NCBI GenBank assembly: GCA_029246985.1
Contig: JAQWMC010000018.1
Coordinates: 1 to 59,050, forward strand
Reading direction: 5' to 3'
From: Pirellulales bacterium
GTDB taxonomy: Bacteria > Planctomycetota > Planctomycetia > Pirellulales > UBA1268
Length of the DNA stretch: 59,050 bases
The notes under the pieces were generated by a model. That model had not been told where the DNA came from, did no database searches, and worked only from the letters and a program-made list of their open reading frames with translations. Below are positions 47,277 through 56,272 of the stretch, piece after piece. Both the position numbers and the translations under genes were made by a program. Each line of letters begins with the position of its first letter. The first letter of the stretch is position 1.

Positions 47277-48317
47277 ATGAGTTGTGCACGAGTTGGTGTT
47301 GTGGGTTGCGGGCATTTAGGAAAAATCCACGCTCGGCTGTTGGCTGACCGAGATGATTGCAAGCTGGTCGGCGTCGTCGATCCGATTCTGGATGTTGCTT
47401 CAGCGGTTGCTGAGGCACATGGTTGTGAATCGTATAGCGAACCCGAAGACCTTGTCGGTCGAGTTGATGCAGCAGTTGTGGCAGCACCGACAGGGCTTCA
47501 TGCGAAGGTTGCCCTACCTCTCCTGGAGGCTGGCATCGATCTGCTTGTTGAAAAGCCAATTGCCGCCACGGTGGAGGACGCCCGAGCAATTGTTGTAACT
47601 GCTCGCCGGTACGGTCGCGTTGTTGCTGTTGGGCATGTGGAACGATTTAATCCTGCGTGGGCTCTTGCGTGTCAGCAGCCAGGGAGACCGCTTTTTATTC
47701 AGGCAGCTCGTTTAGCTCCATTCACGTATCGTTCGCTTGATGTTGGTGTCGTTTTCGATCTTATGATTCACGATATCGATTTGGTTTTGTCTCTGCAGCC
47801 AGGGCGTTTAGAAAACATTGAATCAAACGGCATCGTTGCCACTGGTGGTCACGAAGATGTTGTGAAGGCGAGGCTTACTTTTGGTTCAGGCTTAGTTGCT
47901 GATCTCATGGCATCCAGAATTAATCCGGTATTGAGTCGGGAACTTTCTATGTGGACAAGCGAGGCCATGGTTTCCGTTGACTTCAATGCAAAGACAGTCG
48001 GTGTTGTTGCGGCCTCTGAAGAAGTGGCAGCAGGAAGATTTATTGCCGATACGGTGCCGATTGGGGAGCGAGCTATCGCCAAAGATAGATTTTTTCATGA
48101 TGTGCTTCCTCATCAGGCCTTGCCAGTTCCTGATTCCAATGCAATTGCCTCAGAGCACGATGACTTTCTTCAAGCTCGTGCCGAGGGAGTCGACCCTCGT
48201 GTAAGTGCCTCTGCAGGGTCTGCCGCTCTTGAGGTGGCGACCCGGGTGCTTGATGTTCTTAGGTGTACAAAACTTGGTGCGCCGCCGGCCATTATGGAGA
48301 TCCGGAAAAGTGCGTAA
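47277..48317 (+). CDS. Gfo/Idh/MocA family NAD(P)-dependent oxidoreductase
   Basis: N-terminal Rossmann motif VGVVGCGHLGKIH and EKP motif (LLVEKPIA). AAGGAGG lies 7 nt upstream of ATG at 47277. Confidence 0.85.
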   Translation: MSCARVGVVGCGHLGKIHARLLADRDDCKLVGVVDPILDVASAVAEAHGCESYSEPEDLVGRVDAAVVAAPTGLHAKVALPLLEAGIDLLVEKPIAATVEDARAIVVTARRYGRVVAVGHVERFNPAWALACQQPGRPLFIQAARLAPFTYRSLDVGVVFDLMIHDIDLVLSLQPGRLENIESNGIVATGGHEDVVKARLTFGSGLVADLMASRINPVLSRELSMWTSEAMVSVDFNAKTVGVVAASEEVAAGRFIADTVPIGERAIAKDRFFHDVLPHQALPVPDSNAIASEHDDFLQARAEGVDPRVSASAGSAALEVATRVLDVLRCTKLGAPPAIMEIRKSA

Positions 48318-48410
48318 ACAAGGTGTCGCTTGTTCTCCGTTCTTCATTCATGCTCCTTCGGTCAGCCTGATTGATACAACCTGAACCAGGCAGTAGCCAA
48401 TGTAGATGCC

Positions 48411-49106
48411 GTGACGACAATCCATCAGAGGCGTTCGCGTAGTACCGCTGTAAAGAGATCCAGAGTGGAAGCACATTCACCAAAATTTATTTGGCTACCC
48501 GTGGTGACTTCCGTCGCCTGCGGCCTTCTCTTCATGAATGCGACTCGAGCAGATGATCTGCCGTCGCAGGTGCCTGAAAAGTTGTCATTCGATGGTTTTA
48601 ATATCGGTCCGGGCCAGAAGCGGGTTGCGCAGGCACTTGGAGGTATGCGAGGTCAGGGTGACAATGAGCCTGAAGAGGCACCACTTGCATTCTCCGTGAA
48701 GGGGCCACCAAATAGCCGTGCTGGTTCCGGTGTTATGGCAGCTGAAGTAGGGCAAGAACTCGCTTTTTTCAATATTGCTGCTGGAGTCTTAGCTGATCGC
48801 AACTCAATAGTGGATGGTCCATCAGGGTATACGAGTAGGCTTTCAATGGATTTTCAAAATGAGTCTGTTGTTGGTGGATTAGATCTTAGAACGAAAATGC
48901 GAAATTCTAAAAAGCACAGTACGGTGGGAATTGAGTTTGGGCCGCGTCTGGCACGAAGATTCCGTAATGGTATCGAGTTTTTCATGAAGGGTTCAGCCGA
49001 GGCTGTTTCCCGTTACGAACATGATGGCGATATGGCAGCTACTGGAGGACCACTTCAGCGACCGGAGCATGTCGGGGTAAGTGGGAGTGTTGGTCTTGCA
49101 CGATAA
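48411..49106 (+). CDS. Hypothetical exported protein, possibly a small beta-barrel
   Basis: Basic N-terminus plus hydrophobic segment (FIWLPVVTSVACGLLFMNATRA). The C-terminal half has alternating hydrophobic patterns (VGIEFGPRLA, IEFFMKGSAEAV, VGVSGSVGLA). No recognisable motif. Confidence 0.5.
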   Translation: MTTIHQRRSRSTAVKRSRVEAHSPKFIWLPVVTSVACGLLFMNATRADDLPSQVPEKLSFDGFNIGPGQKRVAQALGGMRGQGDNEPEEAPLAFSVKGPPNSRAGSGVMAAEVGQELAFFNIAAGVLADRNSIVDGPSGYTSRLSMDFQNESVVGGLDLRTKMRNSKKHSTVGIEFGPRLARRFRNGIEFFMKGSAEAVSRYEHDGDMAATGGPLQRPEHVGVSGSVGLAR

Positions 49107-49208
49107 TTTTTACTCAGTGCATCAAGATCAGTAGCCGTGTCTTTGTTCAGGATTTCCCAGTCTCAGTCGTCTTCTCAGAAAGTGGGTGCATAAGCCGAGT
49201 GCACGGCC

Positions 49209-50738
49209 CTATGCAAGATCACGATTTTGGAAAAGTACGAGGGCTATCAGTAAGGCTATCGCGGAATATAAGCCTGCGTAGATTGCCGCCCATGCAAGGT
49301 ATCCCCATGGTACTGGCACTCCACCAATCACGGCAGCTTCGATCGTGAAATGCTCAAGTACTGGGAGGATGGTTGCAAAGAGCCGGCCAACAAATCGCAC
49401 GATTGCCAGTTTGCCGACGCTTGACTGGACAATAAGCGGAACAAGATGTCCCAAAACGTAAATTGTGAAGCAAATAATAAGATTCGGAATCATCCCAACT
49501 CGTGTCGATACTGCCAAGCTGACCGCTGCTAGTAGAACCGTTTCCAGAAGAGAAAGGACGAGGCCCGGAACAACAGTAACCATTTCTGCTGCGCAATCTG
49601 ACCATAGAGGAGCTGTCTTCGATGATTCCCGGGCGTCATAGACAACCTTGAGGCTTGTGGTCGACATCAGTACCGCACCAAGGATCATGAAGATAAGGAG
49701 TGCAACAAGGGCCAAGCCTATAAATTTACCAAGGACAAATTGTCTTCGAGTAAGAGGTTTCGAGAGAACAGTGAGTGCTGTTCTCCCTTCAATTTCATCA
49801 GAAACAGTGACACTAGCGGTCCATATGACAACCAGGAGTGCAAGCACTTTCACCAGGGTAAGCCCACTGTCTTTAAGCATTTTCACGTCTTCGCCGAACG
49901 TGTTGTACGGAATCACAATAAATGTCAAGAGAAGAACGATCCCGGCCACAATAGCCACAGCAAAGATAGGCTGGCCGATGGCTTCTTTCATTGTTGACGA
50001 GGTGACCGCAGCAACTCGTCGGATAGTCAGCCGGAATAAGGAATAAAGACAAACTGTGATCAGAAGGACTGCTGCTGAAATCGGAAGGATAACAACCTCT
50101 GGAAATTCAGGAACAAGTTTCCAATTGATTGTTAGGCGGGCCGGAGTGGCGTCCCCTCCGTCATTGAGATTTGTTACTTCAATTTTCGCAGTTTTTCCAA
50201 GAAACGGATTTTCTTTTCCTTCCGATTTCTCCCACGACCACGGTTTCTGTCCGTCGAGATTAATATCAGGCACTTTAAGCAACGCAAAGCCTTCAATTGG
50301 TTTCTGCGTTTGAATAGTAATTGGCTGATCTGTTTCAAAAGAAATAGTTTCAAGTTCCTGGGGGCGAAGCGGCAGATCAATTTTTTCTTGATCACTTCCA
50401 GGTGCAATTGTCACGACCGTTGATGAGCTACTTATGGTGAGTAGTCTGCTCAGTGATTGACCGATACCACGGGCTGGGACTAGCGGTGTCAGGGCAATTG
50501 CTATTCCAGATGCTGCCAGAAGGAGCCATGCAAGAGGGCCGAGGAAACCGTCATGTAAACTGGCTTTCGCTTCAGCTGCAGCCCGCGGTGCGATCAGTCG
50601 AAGGAGACCCCAAAGTGCTACAAGAACGAGAGATGCGCAAAGCGCTCCCATGCCAACGAGCCAGATCGGTGGAAGTGCAATGAGCCAGCGGTTTGCAAAA
50701 AGTGGCGTGATCATGTGTGCAATCAATATAAATGACAT
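49209..50738 (-). CDS. Polytopic membrane protein with a C-terminal ABC-2-type permease-like domain and a ~200-aa N-terminal extension
   Basis: 509 aa. There are N-terminal TM segments and an extracytoplasmic-looking segment, then about 6 TM segments with ABC-2-permease character. No ATPase gene is adjacent. Confidence 0.6.
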   Translation of the reverse strand: MSFILIAHMITPLFANRWLIALPPIWLVGMGALCASLVLVALWGLLRLIAPRAAAEAKASLHDGFLGPLAWLLLAASGIAIALTPLVPARGIGQSLSRLLTISSSSTVVTIAPGSDQEKIDLPLRPQELETISFETDQPITIQTQKPIEGFALLKVPDINLDGQKPWSWEKSEGKENPFLGKTAKIEVTNLNDGGDATPARLTINWKLVPEFPEVVILPISAAVLLITVCLYSLFRLTIRRVAAVTSSTMKEAIGQPIFAVAIVAGIVLLLTFIVIPYNTFGEDVKMLKDSGLTLVKVLALLVVIWTASVTVSDEIEGRTALTVLSKPLTRRQFVLGKFIGLALVALLIFMILGAVLMSTTSLKVVYDARESSKTAPLWSDCAAEMVTVVPGLVLSLLETVLLAAVSLAVSTRVGMIPNLIICFTIYVLGHLVPLIVQSSVGKLAIVRFVGRLFATILPVLEHFTIEAAVIGGVPVPWGYLAWAAIYAGLYSAIALLIALVLFQNRDLA

Positions 50739-50873
50739 GGATAAAAATCAATTCAAACGGTCCCGCAACCTACGAGCCCCCTCGACGAAACTATTGTGGC
50801 ATTGATATCAGTTTTTCGAAAGATGGGCCGTTCAGTGACCGGCAGGCCTGATTTTTAGAGGTTGGAACTGCTG

Positions 50874-52121
50874 TTACGTCGAAGTCGAATCGTTCAAAAG
50901 AGGGCCAGCAAGTACTGTTGATGCTGAGGCTGGAAGGTGCCATTCGGCAAGAATTCGATGTAAATCTTCTCGTGAAATTTTGTCGAGTGTTGCCAGGTCA
51001 TCAGGAACTGATCGATATTGGCCAAGATGAGCCCATTCGAGGCCAAGGCTAAACAGACGTTGTCTAGGTCGCTCTCCCGCAAGGACAACGCGACTGAGAA
51101 GTTTGTTGCGTGCCTGGTCTACCTCGTTGTTACTCAATCCGTTTTCTGCTCCCTGATAGATTTCGACGATGCGATCAAGGAGTGCGTGAGTGGTTTCTGG
51201 TTCACACGAAAGTTGTGTAACAAAAACACCAGCATCTAGAAAATCGTGGTGATGGCATGCCGCATGTTCTGCCTGGCCTGAATCAACGAGATCCCAGTAG
51301 AGACGGCTGCCGGAATCATCTCCGAGTACCACTGCAAGAAGTTTTGCAGCGAAGCGGTCGTCGGTGTCTTCTGCCGGCCCCGGGGACATTCTGACGGCAT
51401 ATTCCAAAGCGGCCTGCTCCCGAGTGATAACGTCAGTGACTATTCCAGACTTTGTGCTAGCAAACTGGACTTTTCGGTTGCTGGGTGGTGAGGGTTTCCA
51501 TTCTCCGCAGAGTTGATGGGCACTTTTGATAAGAGACTCAAAGTCAACTGCACCACTTGCTGCTAAAACAAGATTGTCGGACGAATAACGCTGCTGATGG
51601 TATTCACGCATCGCCTCAACATCGAGTGCTTCAATTGAGGAGGTACTTCCAAGGACACTGCGTGCGAGTGGGTGGTCTTGGAAAAAAAGAGCCCGACAGC
51701 GATCGTCAGCACCGAAAGGTGGCTGGTCGTCGTACATTTTGATTTCTTCAAGGATCACTTGTTTCTCTGTGACGAAGTCATCTTCTCGAAGAGCCGGCCG
51801 CATCATTGCCGAGAGTAGCTCGAGAGCAGCATGCTGTTTTTCTGGAAGAACGGCGGCGTAGTAGACCGTATCTTCCTCGCTGGTGAAGGCATTCGCACTT
51901 GCGCCCATGAAGTCGAAGCGGAGATTGATGTCTTCTGCAGATAAGGTGTCCGTTCCCTTAAACACCATGTGTTCAAGGAAGTGGCTGGCACCAGAGATAG
52001 CATCGTACTCGTCTCGTGCGCCCGTTTTTACGAAAAAGCCAAGGCTTGCCGAGTGAGCGGCTTCGCTCACTTCCGCTACGATGTCGAGTCCATTCGGAAG
52101 TTGCTCATGGCGAAACTGCAT
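50874..52121 (-). CDS. M16 (pitrilysin) family zinc peptidase, catalytic subunit
   Basis: Inverted zinc motif HFLEHMVFKGT (HxxEH) near the N-terminus. No signal peptide is evident. Confidence 0.88.
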   Translation of the reverse strand: MQFRHEQLPNGLDIVAEVSEAAHSASLGFFVKTGARDEYDAISGASHFLEHMVFKGTDTLSAEDINLRFDFMGASANAFTSEEDTVYYAAVLPEKQHAALELLSAMMRPALREDDFVTEKQVILEEIKMYDDQPPFGADDRCRALFFQDHPLARSVLGSTSSIEALDVEAMREYHQQRYSSDNLVLAASGAVDFESLIKSAHQLCGEWKPSPPSNRKVQFASTKSGIVTDVITREQAALEYAVRMSPGPAEDTDDRFAAKLLAVVLGDDSGSRLYWDLVDSGQAEHAACHHHDFLDAGVFVTQLSCEPETTHALLDRIVEIYQGAENGLSNNEVDQARNKLLSRVVLAGERPRQRLFSLGLEWAHLGQYRSVPDDLATLDKISREDLHRILAEWHLPASASTVLAGPLLNDSTST

Positions 52122-53400
52122 CAGGTACCTCCAATGGGTCGCGGCCCAAGGAAACAGTGGTTATTTCCTTGAGAGGATTCTTGGCGAGCCAATTTTCAAT
52201 GCTTTCAACGGAAAGCTCGTCAAGTCGCTCGAGATCCTCAGCAAGAGTTCGGATCCGTCCAAGGTGAAACCATTGTCTAGCCATTGCGCCTGCCCGTGCT
52301 GCTGTTGATTCCTGCTGCATGACAAGGCCGCTCTTCGCACGAGCCTTCACTCGGTCAAGTTCATCCTCAGTAATAGTTCCTGGAAGAGCTGCAATTTCAT
52401 GGAGCATGACATCTAATGTCTCCTGGGCTCGATCCGCTGTCGTACCAGAGTAGGCCATTGCTGCGGCGAGATCTCGCTGGGTTTGGTAGCCGGCAGAGAC
52501 GCTGTAGCACAAACCCCTTTTCTCGCGAACCTCTGTAAAGAGCCTTGAGCTTGAGCCGCCACCAAGTACTGCGAGAGCCGCCGTTGCCTGGAGTGAATCT
52601 GGGTCACGGTAGGGTGGAACGTCCCAGGCAAGTGCAATATGAGTCTGCTGGGAATCGTAAGGAACATGACATATCTTCTCGCCGCGCTCACCAACAGATA
52701 TTTGGTTGGGAGGTTGTCCCTGCCAGTCACTAAAAAGAACTTCGATCTGCTTCACAAATTCAGGCCAGTCAAGTCGCCCGGCTACAGAGATGATCATGTC
52801 CTGTGGCTGAATGAAGGTAGTCACAAAGTTTTTCACATCGGTGTGGCTCAGTTCGGTGACGTCAGTCGATGTACCTTCGCTTGGAAGTCCCCATGGAGAT
52901 GGGTAGTGTGCTTTCCGTAGTGTCAGCATCGTACGGTGTGTCGGGTCATCTTCGGTTCCAGCAAGATTCTGTAGAACGACCTGACGGGCTGGATCAAATT
53001 GGTGTTGGTCCAAGAGTGGACGACGAAGTATGTCGGCATAGATTTTCAGCGAATCTGGTAATTGTCGAGATACCATTGCACCGGCAAAACTTCCATGGCT
53101 CATTGAAACTGACTGTGACCACTGGACACCGGCGTTATCGAGTGCAGCAACAAGTTGTTTGCTATCACGATCGCCAGCCCCTCGGAGCATCAGTTCACCG
53201 GCAAGGGTTGCAAGGCCACAGCATGAACGACCAGTATCACGGGTGGCAAGAGAATCGCAGAGACTGCCGGCGGCGACGTGCAAAGAAACAGAAACGGACT
53301 CAACTCCCGGCAAGAACTCGCCGAGTAAAATGATTCCGTTGTCGAGAGTAACCGTCTGAAGAGTCTGCTTCACGAAATTTTGTTTATGCCATACGGACAA
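52105..53400 (-). CDS. M16 family peptidase-like protein lacking HxxEH (non-catalytic partner)
   Basis: M16-like N-terminus (VTLDNGIILLGE) but GLATLAGELMLRGAG in place of HxxEH. It overlaps the downstream M16 gene by 17 nt. TTG start. Confidence 0.8.
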   Translation of the reverse strand: MSVWHKQNFVKQTLQTVTLDNGIILLGEFLPGVESVSVSLHVAAGSLCDSLATRDTGRSCCGLATLAGELMLRGAGDRDSKQLVAALDNAGVQWSQSVSMSHGSFAGAMVSRQLPDSLKIYADILRRPLLDQHQFDPARQVVLQNLAGTEDDPTHRTMLTLRKAHYPSPWGLPSEGTSTDVTELSHTDVKNFVTTFIQPQDMIISVAGRLDWPEFVKQIEVLFSDWQGQPPNQISVGERGEKICHVPYDSQQTHIALAWDVPPYRDPDSLQATAALAVLGGGSSSRLFTEVREKRGLCYSVSAGYQTQRDLAAAMAYSGTTADRAQETLDVMLHEIAALPGTITEDELDRVKARAKSGLVMQQESTAARAGAMARQWFHLGRIRTLAEDLERLDELSVESIENWLAKNPLKEITTVSLGRDPLEVPDAVSP

Positions 53401-53472
53401 GTGATTACACGGATGACGAGTTGATCAGTGGTTTTGATGCACCACCTGGCATCATGTAAAGATCCTCGTCTT

Positions 53473-54270
53473 TTATGAGTCTGCCATATCTGACTGTGTT
53501 TCCGCCACTGCTAACTCTTGAACCACGGAGGAAACCATTGTTGTGATCACGTTCTGCTGAGTGTTCCTGGATGAATCCAGTTGTGAGTTTTCCTGATGCA
53601 GACGGCTCGCAGGAAATCCCAGCGGAAGAGAATCGATAGAGGAATCGGGCCCATCTCGAAAAAGTGTGGAATCGATCGGTTTATAAATTGTTTTTGATCT
53701 CCGGAAGCCAAGACGCTGATAGAGCCTGATTGCAGCGATGTTTTCAGCTGTCACCTCAAGAGTGACGTGGCAGGCACCTGCGGCTTCAAAACCAGACAGT
53801 GCTTGTTCTATCAAGACGCTCCCCAGTCCACCGCCTCGTTGAGAGGGCACAATGCCAATATTCTGAATCGATCCAATTCCTGAACGATCCATGACGCCTT
53901 GAATGGTTCCACACCATTCAAGGGGAGCAAACTGGGTTTCATTGATTCCTCTGTAGCGATTAATTCGCCGGGCAATCAGCCAGGTAGCGTCGGGAAGGAA
54001 ACCGGGTTTTCTGCGAATTTCCTGCATCAGCCTCCGGCAGCCTGAAAGCTCACCGAGACACGGAAAGACCTGCGCATCAATTTCCTGACAGAAAGCTCGA
54101 TACTTCGTGCGGGCATGAACATCAAGAAGGGCCTCGTTCCATGGAACGAGTTGGTAGCCACCCGGCAGTGACGCCAGGGGTACGTACGATCTGGGAAGAT
54201 CGATGCCCATTCGGAATCGTTTGCAGTAACCCGAGTCCATGAGGAATAACCTCTCCCTTTGGAATGCCAT
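53473..54270 (-). CDS. GNAT family N-acetyltransferase
   Basis: Acetyl-CoA motif A: VPSQRGGGLGSVLIEQAL, followed by LYQRLGF. Confidence 0.8.
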   Translation of the reverse strand: MAFQRERLFLMDSGYCKRFRMGIDLPRSYVPLASLPGGYQLVPWNEALLDVHARTKYRAFCQEIDAQVFPCLGELSGCRRLMQEIRRKPGFLPDATWLIARRINRYRGINETQFAPLEWCGTIQGVMDRSGIGSIQNIGIVPSQRGGGLGSVLIEQALSGFEAAGACHVTLEVTAENIAAIRLYQRLGFRRSKTIYKPIDSTLFRDGPDSSIDSLPLGFPASRLHQENSQLDSSRNTQQNVITTMVSSVVQELAVAETQSDMADS

Positions 54271-54401
54271 AACACACTGTCTCTGAACCTAAGACTGCAT
54301 GATCTTTGCGTCAACGTGCTGGTTTCGAGAAGTCAATTTATCGCGTAAAACGATGCTGTGGGGCAAATTACGGTGATCAAGCGGATTATTCCGGTGTTCC
54401 T

Positions 54402-54414
54402 GTCAGATTCTGAC
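54402..54414. promoter_or_regulatory. 13-bp perfect palindrome GTCAGAtTCTGAC in the metal-ABC promoter region; candidate operator
   Basis: Read directly. It lies 78 nt upstream of ATG at 54492. The direct repeat TTTTTTGAG occurs at 54447-54455 and 54469-54477. Confidence 0.2.
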
Positions 54415-54491
54415 CAAAGCGCAGTCAACGCTTCAGTAGGATACACTTTTTTGAGTACCCAAAAATTGTTTTTTGAGAGGTCGAAAAAGAA

Positions 54492-55424
54492 ATGCCGCGA
54501 ATCGTCAACGTAGTCTTGGTTCTTTCTTTGGTTGGTGCCGCATGGAATAACTCAAAGGCAGCATCACCCGTCCGTGTAATTGCTACGACGACAGTCGTTG
54601 CCGATCTGGTAGAGCAGGTTGGGGGTGATCTGGTCGCGGTTGAAAGCCTCATGGCAGATGGGGTTGACCCTCATTCCTATCGTGCAACGCCGCGAGATAT
54701 CGACAGACTTATTCGTGCTGATCTGATTGTTGCCAACGGACTTCATCTGGAAGGAAAGCTGGCAGAACTTCTGGAGCGAATTGGTCGGAAACGTCCGTTT
54801 GTAGCAGTTGGCAATGCGGTTCCAAAAGATGAATTGCTTTCCATTGGGAATGATCTGTTTGATCCACACATATGGTTTGACGCCAAACTATGGAGTTATT
54901 GTCCATCTACGGTTGCTGATGCATTGTCTCAACTCGATTCCAAGGCTGCACTGCACTACCGGCAGCGTGCTGAAAAGTATTCCAAAGACCTTTTGGAACT
55001 CGATAAGAATGTGCGAAGAAAGTTCAAAAAGATTCCTCAGCAGCGTCGAGTCCTTATTACCGCCCACGATGCGTTTCGTTACTTTGGCCGGGCATACGGG
55101 CTTGAAGTCATTGGAGTTCAGGGAACGAGTACAGAAAGTGAAGCTGGTCTCGCTGACATGAATCAATTGGTTGAGTTAGTTGTTCAGCGCGAGATACCAG
55201 CAGTGTTCGTTGAGACGAGTGTGTCGGATCGAAATGTCACGGCATTAATAGAAGGTGCTGCCGCTCGCGGGCATAGTGTCCGTCTTGGTGGACGCTTATA
55301 CTCCGATGCATTGGGGCCTGCTGGAGGAGGTGGTGATACGCTTGAGGGTGCGTTACTTTCAAACGTTGACACAATTATTGGGGCACTCCGTGCGACGAGT
55401 ACCTCGCAGCGTATTGTGGAGTAG
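54492..55424 (+). CDS. Metal ABC transporter substrate-binding protein (TroA/ZnuA/MntC cluster A-I type)
   Basis: Signal peptide, then DPHSY, DPHIWFD and HDAFRYF motifs. No His-rich loop is present, so metal specificity is undetermined. Confidence 0.88.
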   Translation: MPRIVNVVLVLSLVGAAWNNSKAASPVRVIATTTVVADLVEQVGGDLVAVESLMADGVDPHSYRATPRDIDRLIRADLIVANGLHLEGKLAELLERIGRKRPFVAVGNAVPKDELLSIGNDLFDPHIWFDAKLWSYCPSTVADALSQLDSKAALHYRQRAEKYSKDLLELDKNVRRKFKKIPQQRRVLITAHDAFRYFGRAYGLEVIGVQGTSTESEAGLADMNQLVELVVQREIPAVFVETSVSDRNVTALIEGAAARGHSVRLGGRLYSDALGPAGGGGDTLEGALLSNVDTIIGALRATSTSQRIVE

Positions 55425-55471
55425 CCACCTTTTATTCTGCTATGAGATCGCTGTGAAAGAGATGAACCCAA

Positions 55472-56272
55472 ATGGCTGGAAATAACTCTGCTCGAGAGGT
55501 GCATGTCGCTCATCCAATGCTGGAGTGGCATGATCTCACGGTTGCATATGGGCGTCGTCCAGTTTTATGGAACGTGGACTTTGAAATACAAGACCCCTGT
55601 CTCTTCGGAATTATTGGGCCAAATGGTGCAGGGAAGAGCACGCTGCTCAAGGCAAGTTTGGATCTTGTGCGAAGAGCTGGTGGAACCGTGCGGTTTTGGG
55701 GGCAACAGCTTGCTGAAGTTCGTTCAAAAATCGCGTATGTTCCCCAGCGAGAGACAGTTGATTGGGACTTTCCAGTCAGCGTAATGGATGTTGTCCGTAT
55801 GGGTGCGACATCAAGACTTGGCTGGTTTCAACGGGGTGGGAAACGTGAGCGTGAGTTGGCTCGTGCAAGTCTTGATCACGTCGGTCTTGCGGATTTTGCA
55901 AATCGACAAATAGGGAAACTCTCTGGAGGGCAGCAGCAGCGTGTCTTTTTAGCTCGAGCACTTGCTCGCGAGGCCGAGATTTATCTCCTCGATGAGCCGA
56001 TGGCAGGTGTCGACGCTGGCTCGCAGGAGCAGATATTCAACATTCTTGCCGAACTGCGGGATCAGGGAAAATTAGTTATTGCTGTGCATCACGATATACG
56101 TACGGCGGCGGAATGGTTTGATGCAGTTGCTCTTGTTGATATGCGTCTTGTTGCAGCCGGGCCAACGGCTGAGGTGCTTACGCCGGAAAATCTGACGATG
56201 ACATATTCTGGTCGCCTCAGCATTCTTGATGAAATTGGAGAAGCAGTGGAGCGGGGAGGAAGGACACCATGA
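55472..56272 (+). CDS. Metal ABC transporter ATP-binding protein
   Basis: Walker A GPNGAGKST, signature LSGGQQQRV, Walker B IYLLDEP. Confidence 0.9.
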   Translation: MAGNNSAREVHVAHPMLEWHDLTVAYGRRPVLWNVDFEIQDPCLFGIIGPNGAGKSTLLKASLDLVRRAGGTVRFWGQQLAEVRSKIAYVPQRETVDWDFPVSVMDVVRMGATSRLGWFQRGGKRERELARASLDHVGLADFANRQIGKLSGGQQQRVFLARALAREAEIYLLDEPMAGVDAGSQEQIFNILAELRDQGKLVIAVHHDIRTAAEWFDAVALVDMRLVAAGPTAEVLTPENLTMTYSGRLSILDEIGEAVERGGRTP

